From Hamiltosporidium tvaerminnensis FI-OER-3-3 (Eukaryota; Fungi; Microsporidia): a stretch of 64,000 bases of DNA. Under the pieces are notes generated by a model that ran no database searches, was not told where the DNA came from, and saw only the letters and a list, made by a program, of their open reading frames with translations. Below are positions 26,560 to 37,050 of this stretch, one piece after another. A program made the position numbers and the translations under genes. The stretch is taken from NCBI GenBank assembly GCA_022605425.2, contig CM061246.1:1426001-1490000 (forward strand). Direction: 5' to 3'. The number at the start of each line of letters is the position of its first letter. Within the stretch, counting starts at the first letter, position 1.

Positions 26560-26760
26560 TAACGGTTTATTAAGACTATTAAGAAATAGGAATCTCAATA
26601 AGCGGTTTATTAAGACTATTAAGTAGTAGGAATCTTAATAAGAGGTTTATTAAGACTATTAAGTAGTAGGAATATTAATAAGAGGTTTATTAAGACTATT
26701 AAGTATTAAGAATATTAATAACCCTCTTATTAAGACCAATATGTATTAAGAATCTTAAAT
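26560..26760. repeat. 40-bp tandem repeat x4-5 with internal inverted arms, downstream of ProRS
   Basis: GGTTTATTAAGACTATTAAG at 26564, 26604, 26644 and 26684. The consensus unit contains TTATTAAGA...TCTTAATAA. Confidence 0.9.
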
Positions 26761-26880
26761 AAAACCAATATTAAAAACTTTTACCTAAATAACCCACCAA
26801 TCCTAACCCTTTACTTAATACCCCACCAATTCTAACCTTCTAATCAAATACCCTATAACTCTAACCACACTATCACCCCT

Positions 26881-28966
26881 TTAATAACTCCTACCAAACA
26901 ACCCTAAAGACTTAGCACTCTTATTACAATTAAAACACTTCTTATCACTAACATCTTCATTATCATAAGGTATACACATACACTTAACACCTAAAGGAAC
27001 AGTAGTTAATACATTATTCTTATTATCTCCTGTATTATCTTTATTATCTCTTGTATTCTTATTATCTCTTGTATCATCTCTTTTATTATCTCTTGTATTA
27101 TCACTTGTATTATTCTTATTATCTCTTGTATTATCCTTACTAATATCCTTACTATCCTTATTACTATCCATCCCCACCTCACCCTCCACACCTCCCCTCC
27201 TCTTCAATTCCTCTTCACACTCCTTATCACAACACCAAGGTACAAGAACACAATTACCATTTTCTATCTCTTCAACAAATCTATAATAACTCTCAACTCT
27301 AATAATTCTCTCATCTCTTTCTTTTAAAGCTTTTAAATACATTAACCTATGAATTTCATTTAATTCATTTTTTATTTTTTTAAAAATATTTTTATTTTCT
27401 AAAATTATCTTTTTACCATCAAATCTTCTTATTACTGTTAAGGTGTTGTTATTTAATTCTTTGAAACCTATTTCTATTCTTAAAGGTACCCCTCTTATTT
27501 CCCAGTAATTGTATTTATAACCAGGTGAGACATTAGTCTTATCATCAAGGAAGTAGCGTATAGGTTGTGGGGTGTGGTTGTGGGTGTGAGTGTGGGTGTG
27601 GGTGTGGGTGTGAGTGTGTAGTGTGAGTGGTGTTATCCTTACTATCTTTAATATCTTTAATATCCTTAATATCTTTAATATCTTTACTATCTTTAATATC
27701 CTTAATATCTTTAATATCCTTACTATCTTTAATATAGGTATTATCCATACTATCCCCACACCCATCCTCACCACACCCCTCACCACATCCACACCCCACA
27801 TAACCACCCTCAAACTCCTTTGTAATTGTCTGTATGTATTTAAAGAGTGGTGTACTATCTCTACCTACTGTTATACCACATGGTATTATAACTACTTGAT
27901 ACATTGCTACTTTAGGTGGTAATACAAGTCCTTTATTATCTGAATGTATCATTGTAGAAATACCAATTGTTCTTGTTGTTATTCCCCATGAGTTTTGATG
28001 TACAAAAGAGTCAGATGAGTGTTTTAAGGGAATATTGTTATTGGTATTATTAGGGTTGTTATTGGTATTAGGGTTGTCCTTTGTATTAGTATTACTATCC
28101 TTACTCTTATTCTTATCCTTACTCTTATTCTTATCCTTACTCTTATCCTTACTCTTAGTATTCTTACCCTCACCACCCTCACCACCACCAATACCATTAC
28201 CAATATTACCCTCGCTTGTCACTTTGATGTCATACATTCGGGAGAAGTTGGTACCTAGTGAGTGTGAGGTAGCTGCTTGTACTCCTCTACCTGATCCCGG
28301 TATAAAAGCTTCTACTGTCGTAGTATATAAAGCACCTCCAAACTTTTCATTTTCAGATTTAATTCCTTTAATAACTGGTATTGCTAATAATTCTTGATAA
28401 ATCTGTGAATAAAAATCTAAAATTTGTAAAACTTCTTTATCTGATTCTTCTTTAGTAAGAAAAGCTGTATGTCCTTCTTGCCATAGAAACTCACGTGCTC
28501 TAATAAACGGTGTAGTACTTTTAACTTCCCACCTAAGAATATTACACCATTGGTTGACTTTTAAAGGAAGGTCTCTGTGACTACGCAACCATTTACTAAA
28601 ACATGGATACATAATACTTTCAGAGGTTGGTCTTATAGCTACAGGATTGTCTAACAGTACATTACCATAACTAGTTATCCATGCAAGTTCAGGTGCAAAG
28701 TTTTCAATGTGGTCTTTTTCTTTTTCAAGTGATGATTTTGTTACTAACATAGGAAAATAATACTCTTGAACGTTTAATTTTTGTATTTTTTTGGTAAAAA
28801 AATCTTTGATTTTTGTCCATATAAAAAGTGAAAGGGGTCGCATTATATAACAACCTTTTATTGTGTAGTAGTCTATTAGTTCACTCTTTGTAACTACTTG
28901 ACAGTACCATTCTGAAAAGTCTTCTTCTTTTTTTATGGAGATTCCAAATTTTTGTTGGTTTGTCAT
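26881..28966 (-). CDS. Prolyl-tRNA synthetase (eukaryote/archaeal type) with three low-complexity inserts and a +1 frame break inside insert 2
   Basis: Frame 1: [48 protein letters not shown]. Frame 2: [36 protein letters not shown]. Confidence 0.95.
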
Positions 28967-29694
28967 TTTTTTTTATTTGAAGGGTTAGGTTTCTAGTAAA
29001 ATAATATATAAATATGAGTAGGTGTTATCATAAGATAATGATAGGGTAATGATAAGATATTTTTTTATTGAGAGGGTTAGGTTTCTAGTAAATTAATATT
29101 GTGGGTGTAATGATAGGGTAATGTATTTATTTATTTATTGAGAGGGTTAGGTTTCTAGTAAAATAATATTTATTATCTAAGCATGCGGGTTATCTATCAT
29201 AAGATAATGTAATAGTAATGATAGGATATTTTTTTATTGAGAGGGTTAGGTTTCTAATAAAATAAAATTTAATTTTTCTATTTATTTTCTTTTTTTATTT
29301 TTTTATTTTTTTATTTTTTTATTTTCCCTTTATTTTTCTATTTAATTCTTATTACGATTTATCCTTTTATTTTTCTATTTCTCTATTTTATTCTATTTTT
29401 CTATTCATATCTTCTTATTTACCCTCTTTTTATTACAGGCTTCTTATTTACACATCCTTACAATTCTACAGTCTTATATATCCCTCTTATTCCTATAATC
29501 ATTAATACTCATTACAATTATTATCCCTTATATCCACTCTTATTCCTACAATCATTAAATTATTCTTATCCCTTATATCCCTTATATATCCCTCTTATTC
29601 CTAGAATCATTAAATTCTTATATCCCTCCTTATCCCCTCTTATTCCTATAATCATTAATACTCATTAAATTCTTATTATTCTTATCCCTTCTAT
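28967..29694. promoter_or_regulatory. Divergent ProRS/SEC23 promoter region with tandemly amplified CCC-motif blocks
   Basis: AGGGTTAGGTTTCTA x4 (28981, ~29073, ~29143, ~29242) on the ProRS side. TATCCC-type TCTTATTCCTA.AATCATTAA blocks x4-5 on the SEC23 side. Confidence 0.7.
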
Positions 29695-31779
29695 ATGGAA
29701 GAACAAGTTCTTAATACTGAACATACAGATGGTATAAGACTAACATGGAATAAATTACCTATTATACCAAAAGATACGACATTACCTATTCCTATTTCAG
29801 TTCTATACACTCCATTAAATCCATCACCAATAATACCACATGAACCACTTTTTTGTGCAAATAGTGTATGTAGGTCTGTTTTTAATCCGTTTTGTAAAAT
29901 AATAAATAATCAATGGACTTGTATATTATGTAATACTATAAATAACGGTGTAATACCAACGAGTACTACAGTAGATTATATATTAAATAAAGTAGTACCT
30001 GAGTTTATGTATGTTTTAGTTGTAGATATGTGTACTTTTGATAAGGAGAGACATGATTTGTTGGTGGAGGGTGTTAGAAGTACACTTGAGTCACTTCCTT
30101 TGTATTCTAAGGTTGGGTTGATTTTGTTTGGGACAAATATTGAATTATTTGAATTTTCTTGTTCGGTGAAAAAGGTGTATCTTTTTTCTGGGAAAAAAGA
30201 GTATTTAAAGGAAGATTTACAAAATATTATTTGTGGTGGTTCTGTGTCTAAGGAGGTGGGAGGTAATTTGGGGAATTTAAATTGTTTTTTTACTTCTCCT
30301 GAAAAAATGGCGATGAATTTTATTAAGAGAGATCCTTTTCCTGTTTTGGATGGGAATCGACCGGTACGGTGTACTGGGTCTGCTATATCGTTGGCTGTTT
30401 CTCTTTTGTCTTTTTGTGTTAATGATACGCCTGCTAAGATTATTTTATTTACTCAGGGGCCTCCTACTTTTGGGCCGGGGTGTTTGGCTTCTTTGTCTTT
30501 GAGTGACAATATACGGAGTAATAATGATATTTTGAAGGGAAAAGCTGACTATTATAAGAAGGGAATTGAATATTATAATAAATTGGGGCATAGGATGGTG
30601 GGGATAGGTGTTTCTTTGGATATTTTAGCTGCTACCTTGTATGATGTAGGTATTGAAGAGATGAGAGGTATGACAGATATGACAGGTGGGTGTGTGGTTA
30701 TGGCACAGGATTTTGATAAGGAAATTTATATCAGTTCGATTAAAAAATTGTATTCTTTACATGAAAATGAAACAGAAGATTTGCATTCACCGAAATATGG
30801 GTTTAATGCGCGGTTGAAAGTTCTTTCTTCTAAAAATTTGGTATTTAAAGGTGTTTTGGGTTTGGGAGCATCTCAACCTTCGACACATAAAATTAATTAT
30901 CTGAGATCAACGACAAATTTAACTTTATTGTTTGAAAATGGTGTTGTACAGGCAGGAGAGAAGGGATTTATACAACTGCTGATGCAATATGTGCGACCAG
31001 ATGGCAGACTTATTTTAAGAGTGACAAGTCTGTTACGTGAATTTGATGATTCGCATTCTAAAGATGTGAAAGAATCTTTTGATCAGGAAGCTGCAGTAGT
31101 TCTGATTTCTAGGATGATAAGTGGGGTGGAAGATGACATGGATTTGATTCGTAGGATTGACAGAGGATTAATAAGATTTGTTAAAAAATTTGGATCTTTT
31201 ATAAAAGGTGATTTAGAAAGTGTTTGTTTACCGGATAACATGGTTTATTACCCGAATTTTATTTATTTTCTTCGTAGATCTTTGATTGTACAACGAGAGA
31301 CAAGTTCTCCTGATGAAAATGCTTATTACAGAAATTTAGTTATGAGAGAAAGAGTAAATGAGTGTATGACAATGATAGTGCCTACTTTGATTTCATTTCA
31401 TTATCAAGGAGAGATAAAACCAGTGGAAATGGATTCTAAATCTTTAAAAGATGATTGTATTTTACTTCTTGACACATTTCATAATGTAGTGTTGTGGAGA
31501 GGAGAAAGTATTGCTTCTTGGATCAAAGAAGGATATCATTTGAAAGAAGATTTTAAGTATTTTAAAGAAATACTTGATGAGGCAGAAACCAAGGCTAAAA
31601 GTTTGGTAAATGAAAGATTTCCGACTCCTCAGTTTGTTGTCTGTGATCGGTATGGTTCACAAGAAAGAATTCTTCTTGCTAAAGTAAATCCAAGTTTAAA
31701 AAATAGTGTGGTTGTTACTGATGATATTGACTTTGAAACTTTTTATAAACATTTGTGTAAAATTGTGGTGGAAATTTGA
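29695..31779 (+). CDS. SEC23: COPII coat subunit Sec23
   Basis: DGIRLTWN, zinc finger C..C...NPFC..W.C..C, RCTGSA, gelsolin-like C-terminus, FDQEAA, LLLDTF, RFPTP and GSQERILL. Confidence 0.97.
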   Translation: MEEQVLNTEHTDGIRLTWNKLPIIPKDTTLPIPISVLYTPLNPSPIIPHEPLFCANSVCRSVFNPFCKIINNQWTCILCNTINNGVIPTSTTVDYILNKVVPEFMYVLVVDMCTFDKERHDLLVEGVRSTLESLPLYSKVGLILFGTNIELFEFSCSVKKVYLFSGKKEYLKEDLQNIICGGSVSKEVGGNLGNLNCFFTSPEKMAMNFIKRDPFPVLDGNRPVRCTGSAISLAVSLLSFCVNDTPAKIILFTQGPPTFGPGCLASLSLSDNIRSNNDILKGKADYYKKGIEYYNKLGHRMVGIGVSLDILAATLYDVGIEEMRGMTDMTGGCVVMAQDFDKEIYISSIKKLYSLHENETEDLHSPKYGFNARLKVLSSKNLVFKGVLGLGASQPSTHKINYLRSTTNLTLLFENGVVQAGEKGFIQLLMQYVRPDGRLILRVTSLLREFDDSHSKDVKESFDQEAAVVLISRMISGVEDDMDLIRRIDRGLIRFVKKFGSFIKGDLESVCLPDNMVYYPNFIYFLRRSLIVQRETSSPDENAYYRNLVMRERVNECMTMIVPTLISFHYQGEIKPVEMDSKSLKDDCILLLDTFHNVVLWRGESIASWIKEGYHLKEDFKYFKEILDEAETKAKSLVNERFPTPQFVVCDRYGSQERILLAKVNPSLKNSVVVTDDIDFETFYKHLCKIVVEI

Positions 31780-31941
31780 AAATAAATGTTTTCTTATGGT
31801 TTGTGTGTTGATTTTAAAGTTTTTTTGTGGTGTTTTATATTTATTTTTTATAGTCCTAATTAATTTTGTGTTTTTTTATACTTTATAATCATAAAGATTT
31901 AAATATTTAATTTTATAGATTAAATGTATTTTCCAACTAAA

Positions 31942-32364
31942 ATAAATCTCATCTTAAAAGACTAGAAATACCCATGAATGTAGAGGCATATATTCAGTCT
32001 ATAGTACTTAAGAAAACAGTCGAAACAATTTCCTTTGATCGACGAAGAGGACTTGAGTCAGGACTAAATGCCGAAGAGAGCTGGGACAAAGCGTCAATGG
32101 GTGTTATTATGAGATCAGAGATGCATGAGGAACCAATACCCCCTTTAAAAGAAGCGAAAAGAGAGGAAGATGCTGTTTAAATTTTAAAACCAAAAAAATA
32201 ATACACCCCTTATTTCACAAGGAGGAACCACTTTGGAGGAACCGACCAATAACATAAATGAAGAGTCGGATTTGGAAGAAGAGACAATAGTGGTTAAAGA
32301 GGTAGAAGAAAACATATAAAAATGTTAAAATATTTTAACCCAGACAGAATTTTATTAACTAAAA
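31942..32364 (+). mobile_element. Short 5'-truncated R4/Dong-like copy with a 14-bp TSD
   Basis: MNVEAYIQSIVLKKTVE is identical to the 24.5-kb copy. ATTTTCCAACTAAA occurs at 31928-31941 and 32365-32378. Confidence 0.9.
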
Positions 32365-32429
32365 ATTTTCCAACTAAATATTTAATTTTTGGTTTAAAGT
32401 GTATCTCAAAGAGACAGTGAAATTAACTT

Positions 32430-33430
32430 TTAAAAATTCATTATTTGGAATGTGATAAAGAAGGGTAAAGCAATTGTTAATTTTTAGGGACTTCTCAGGA
32501 TGGTTAAGGAAAGGTAGTGTAAGATTACGCGATGAAACGATATTTTGCTATACCCAGTATATAAATGTAAGACGGGGAGAAGAAGGTGTGTTTCAACACC
32601 GCGGTAACTCAGAAAAACCATAGATCATCTAGCAACGAGATTTAAAAATTCTTGGCATGACTATAATAGACGGCATAATGAAGTGGTAAGATACAGGCAC
32701 TTAATCTTACTAAATCGATATAAATCAAAGTTTTCAAATCGAATAGCGCGTCACTCGGTTCAAGGAATTCTTGATAATGAATATGCAGAGAAAAGAGTGG
32801 ACATCAGGGTAAAAACCGATGCCAATAGTGGATGTAATGGACCCATATATTTATTTCAGATGAAAAAATTAAATAACACTCATTGAAGAAGGGATTACAC
32901 CAAGACTCTCTTCAAATAGTTCAAACAAGAAGCTTAGAGAGTACGAAATCTTGGCAAATGATCATAATTTTATTTATAAATTAATGTAGAGATAATTTCT
33001 TATGTGATAATCTGGGACGGTGTTGTGACAAAATAAGACAAGACGTATTTAGAAGATCACTAATACCCATGAACATAGAGGGATGCATTCAGTGGATAGT
33101 ACTCTTTAAGACTATCGAAACGATTTCTTTTAATGCAAGAAGAAGACTTGAGTAGGTTTTCCATGCCGAAGAAGCAGGCAATGGGTCTTATTAAAGGAGC
33201 TGAGATACATAAACAACCAAAAACCTCTTTTACTTACGTAAGTATCGAGGAAGACTGTATTAAACAAATAATTACAAAAAAAATATTTTATCTCTTATTC
33301 TTGATAGCGTAAACACAGTAGAAGAAACGACAATAATCATGATTGAAGAGTCGGGGTTTAAGAGAAGATGTAGAATAGTTCAAATGGCAGAAAAAAATAT
33401 ATGACAGTTTTGGATTTTAACTAAATTTTA
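32430..33430 (+). mobile_element. Older, decayed 3' fragment of the R4/Dong-like element
   Basis: WLRKG, DHLATR, RRHNEVVR and HSVQGILDNEYAE segments are colinear with 25500-26460. Confidence 0.85.
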
Positions 33431-33479
33431 ATCTAGTACCTATTTATGTATTCGGAGGTTTTTAATACACTTTTTTTAA

Positions 33480-35600
33480 TTGTTTCGTCTGTTGTTTATA
33501 GGAAAAATTAGAATATTTTCCTTAGCTAAAGTGGCCTTACATAGTTGCTTATCTAAAAATGTCAAGTTATTCAAATCTATTAGCGAACTGACAGCCATTT
33601 TCTTTGTGTTTCTGTTATAGTCATTGCAAAAGCGTATCAGAAACTATAAACCTTGAAATTTAAATGAAATATATGCTGTGACTACTGAAACTTGGAAAGA
33701 ACTGATCTTCCTATTTTAATTTGTCACTAAAAATTATGATTTTGAGTGCATTTTTCAATATTTTTTTACAGAAAGTCTCCTATCGTAACAGAGTTGTAAT
33801 TAATTGATGCTTCAAAGAAGAACACTTGACCCTAAAAATTTCGTCATAAAAACTCCGATGGAATACCTAATAAATCAAGTAAACATAAGAATTACTCTCG
33901 GTACCAGCAACTTTTCCTTGAATCGTTCCGGTTTAGATGAATTTATATGTTGTCGCTTCTTTTGGTAGTCCATCTCTAATTTTCAAACTGCAAGCATTTG
34001 CATAATTATTAATAGCAGGTAGTATAACACGTGTATAAATTCACGAACGGTGCTTGTAATTTTGAGTATTAGTCGGGAAAAAATTTTAAATATTTTTCCT
34101 CGATTTATTATATCCTATAGAAGTTTATTAACGTTCTTCATTGTGATATTCTCAATATTCAGCAATTGTTTTGCAAAATATCTGCAATACTTTATTTATT
34201 TAGTTTACTAAGTATATTAGTTTCCAAAATCGATCTTATTATTTTCCATTAGAAACTGCTGATTTGAGACACCAATTAAATTCATCGGATAGTATCGACG
34301 TTGAAAAACTAGCATGGTTTCTTAAAAAAACCAGAAAATAAACCAAATGCTACAATGTTGAATGCCAGATTTCTCTCAAACCTTCCATTGCGCGATAAAA
34401 TAAACTAATGGTTGATTATGTACCAATCTGCATTATTCTCATGTAAAAGTTTATGACATTTCGAGAACTTAAATTATCTTGCAGATTTTCTAATATTGTA
34501 TGTAGGTCTCTCTGTTTGGCAAAATCAATGACATTTTCAATTATAAATGTGTTGGCTGACCTTATTTAAAGTGTTTTCGCATTTTTACATGGTGCAAACT
34601 TGCCCAATTTCATTCTAGAATAGTATTTCTTCAAGAATGATTAAAATTAGAAAAGTTTTCACCGAATTTTCGGACGAATCTTTTAAGTTTAATCCGCCAC
34701 GTCATATTCATATAACATTTATGATCATTCCATGTTCAAATAACTGTTCCAGAATCAATTTAGATTATGTTCAGAAACTATATACTTGGATCATTTCCAT
34801 TGAAGTGTATTTATAAAATTTAATTCCGATTATGCACGTCGGTTGCGCTCGATTTGGGATTACATGCCCAATCGTCCCAACTTTTGTTTACGTTGATAAA
34901 CATTGATCCTCGATCGAAACCAATGCCGAACTGTATGCTTTTGTTGTGAATTCCATGTCCGGTTTTTTCTTTATAAACGACATAGAATGTTCTCTCATTT
35001 AAACTTTGTAGTTTTTCAAAGGATTTTTCGTGTGAGATAGGAAATACATTGTAAGTAGTTTCGAAAATGACCTGTTTATTTGCTAAAGTTGTCTTTATTT
35101 GATACTTCAGCTAGAGCCATGGTCTACTGAGGATATTTTTCAATGGATGCAATTTATGCAAGCTTCTTGACGAGTCGCAGATACTTCGTAATTTACGTTT
35201 CTAAATTCTGATGCGGATTTCTTTTCACGTTTTTTATATCAGAAATTTCTAGGGCTCCTATTCTTGATTGTTTTGAAAGTGAATGTTGCTGTCTACAGAC
35301 GAAATATATATTCGCATAACCTTCGCCGGTTGCTTTGTTTATGGCGTTAGAATATTTCTTTTATGTTTCCGTCTGTATGATATTAGCACTTCAAAGTAAA
35401 GTTTTGCATTTATAAATGAGTCTTTATTGCACGATGATATGAATATTTTTAACGCTGTTTGTGATTGAGAAATTTCATTGAATATAATTTTTTTCTCGTT
35501 GTTAAATATTACCGCTGTTCAACATCAAGCCAATATATAGGTATATTACTAATAGAATTTAAACTACAAGATTCCGTTTGGAGTTATGGTGAAGACCGGC
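33480..35600 (-). mobile_element. Decayed Helitron Rep/helicase (PIF1-like) remnant
   Basis: Minus-strand relics in Helitron order: SEFRNVN..SATRQEAC (~35160-35220), ALVSIEDQCL (~34905-34935), KTFLILIIL..I...NEI (~34600-34660), ERPTYNI (~34500), DEFNWCLKS (~34260-34290), FAMTI (~33620). Confidence 0.8.
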
Positions 35601-36049
35601 AGGGAAAAAATTAAATATTTAGACACATAGATAACGAATCAAAAATTTATAAAGAACATAGAATTTTGATTGCTATAAACTCAAGTCTGAGCAAAGACAT
35701 TAACATCTCCTAACTAATGATTTAAAGAATTATTTCTTTTACCCTAAAGAAGGAGTGAAAATGAAACATAACAGAATACCTTTATAAAATAACAATCTTC
35801 CTTTAATACTTCTTCAACGCCGGCACACGGCACTCATAAAAAACCTTTTAGGGAATATAGTTTAATAGTACTAATATTTCTCCTTATTGGCAATCATAAT
35901 TATGATAGGATATTCTACATATAGAAAGACGTGTATTAGCTTATATATAGATAGATATGTGTATGATAGCCACAATGTTAAGGATTTTGAGTTCTAAAAA
36001 TACAAAATAGAATGAAAACTCGATACTTTTAAACCTGTCAATATCCAGC

Positions 36050-37050
36050 TAAATATTCTTAAGAATAAAAGAAGTTGCAGAGACATAAAGCGGAACAATT
36101 TGCTTTGCTAGGTGATGATATTCGCTTTCAGAAGCGCGATTTTTTTTTAAAAAAACTGTTGCGTTTAGCTGCCTAGAGTAAACATGTTGAGGAAACCGGA
36201 ACATTTTTTGCACACATCAAAGTAAATAAAATGATGGCTTTGGTTGGAAAAAAATATAATGTAATTACCAAAACATATTTAAAAGTATGTCAAAGCATTT
36301 ATTACGCGCTGCGAATTTATTTGTGCAAATTCATTCTAACTAATATATATTAACTATATCGCCAAAAAAACATGATTTTTATACGATAATCGTTTAAGCT
36401 CAGAGAACATGGTGATTTAAACTTCTAATAGGTCAAATTCTCTAGGGTTTCCTGCATAAACAAAATATCTTTGATGCTCTTTTATGATTTATAAGATTCG
36501 GAACGCAAATGATTGATTGGTTTTTTTGCCAACTTTGGTGTTTCAGTGCCATTACACACTAAAAACAGTATATTGTTTCAAATTTATACGGTTTGGACCA
36601 TTTTTACCTTTTTCGTTATAAAAGTTATAAATGTAGAAAAATGTAATTCAAAAAGCGCAACTATGGGTCGAATTTGTAAATATAATTACAAAGATAAAAG
36701 ACAAGGAAAATTTACTCAAAGCGCGTATAAAGATAAATTTAACATTTTAATATATTGTTTAGGAATATAATAGAGCAACATATAATGGGACAAAAAAGTT
36801 TAAATTATGCTTTTCTCCAAACAAACAAAGTTTTATTTATTTTTTTAGAAGAATAGTGAGCGAAAATGAATCTGGTATAATATAATTTTCGATTAAATTG
36901 AAAGCTTCGGGCTTGTTATTACCGAAAAAACGCGCGTGTGGATACATATTTAGGCTTAGAGATAACTTTGGATGTGCATGAAGAATTTATTTGACCAATA
37001 ACACTTAGAAATATTAGGTGCTTTGATAATTAAAAACGATAGAAAAAATT
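36050..37050 (+). mobile_element. Decayed DDE integrase (Ginger/GIN-like or gypsy) remnant
   Basis: HIKVNKM...YVKAFITRCE resembles the HHCC region (~36215-36320). FGVSVPLHTKNS (~36535-36570) resembles FGxPxILHTDNG. Confidence 0.5.

Noticed and set aside
26560-26760. CRISPR-like array of palindromic repeats
   Set aside because: Units are head-to-tail with no unique spacers, there are no cas genes, and the context is eukaryotic.
27562-27806. Spliceosomal intron explaining the ProRS frameshift
   Set aside because: No AG acceptor or branch-point motif near the 3' boundary, and no GTAAGT-type donor.
27006-28397. ORFs 27006-27191, 27614-27922 and 28035-28397 as membrane proteins
   Set aside because: They are alternative-frame or antisense shadows of the low-complexity ProRS inserts.
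28981-29256. Telomeric repeat (GGGTTAGG)
   Set aside because: Only single TTAGG words occur inside a duplicated promoter block; there is no tandem telomere array.
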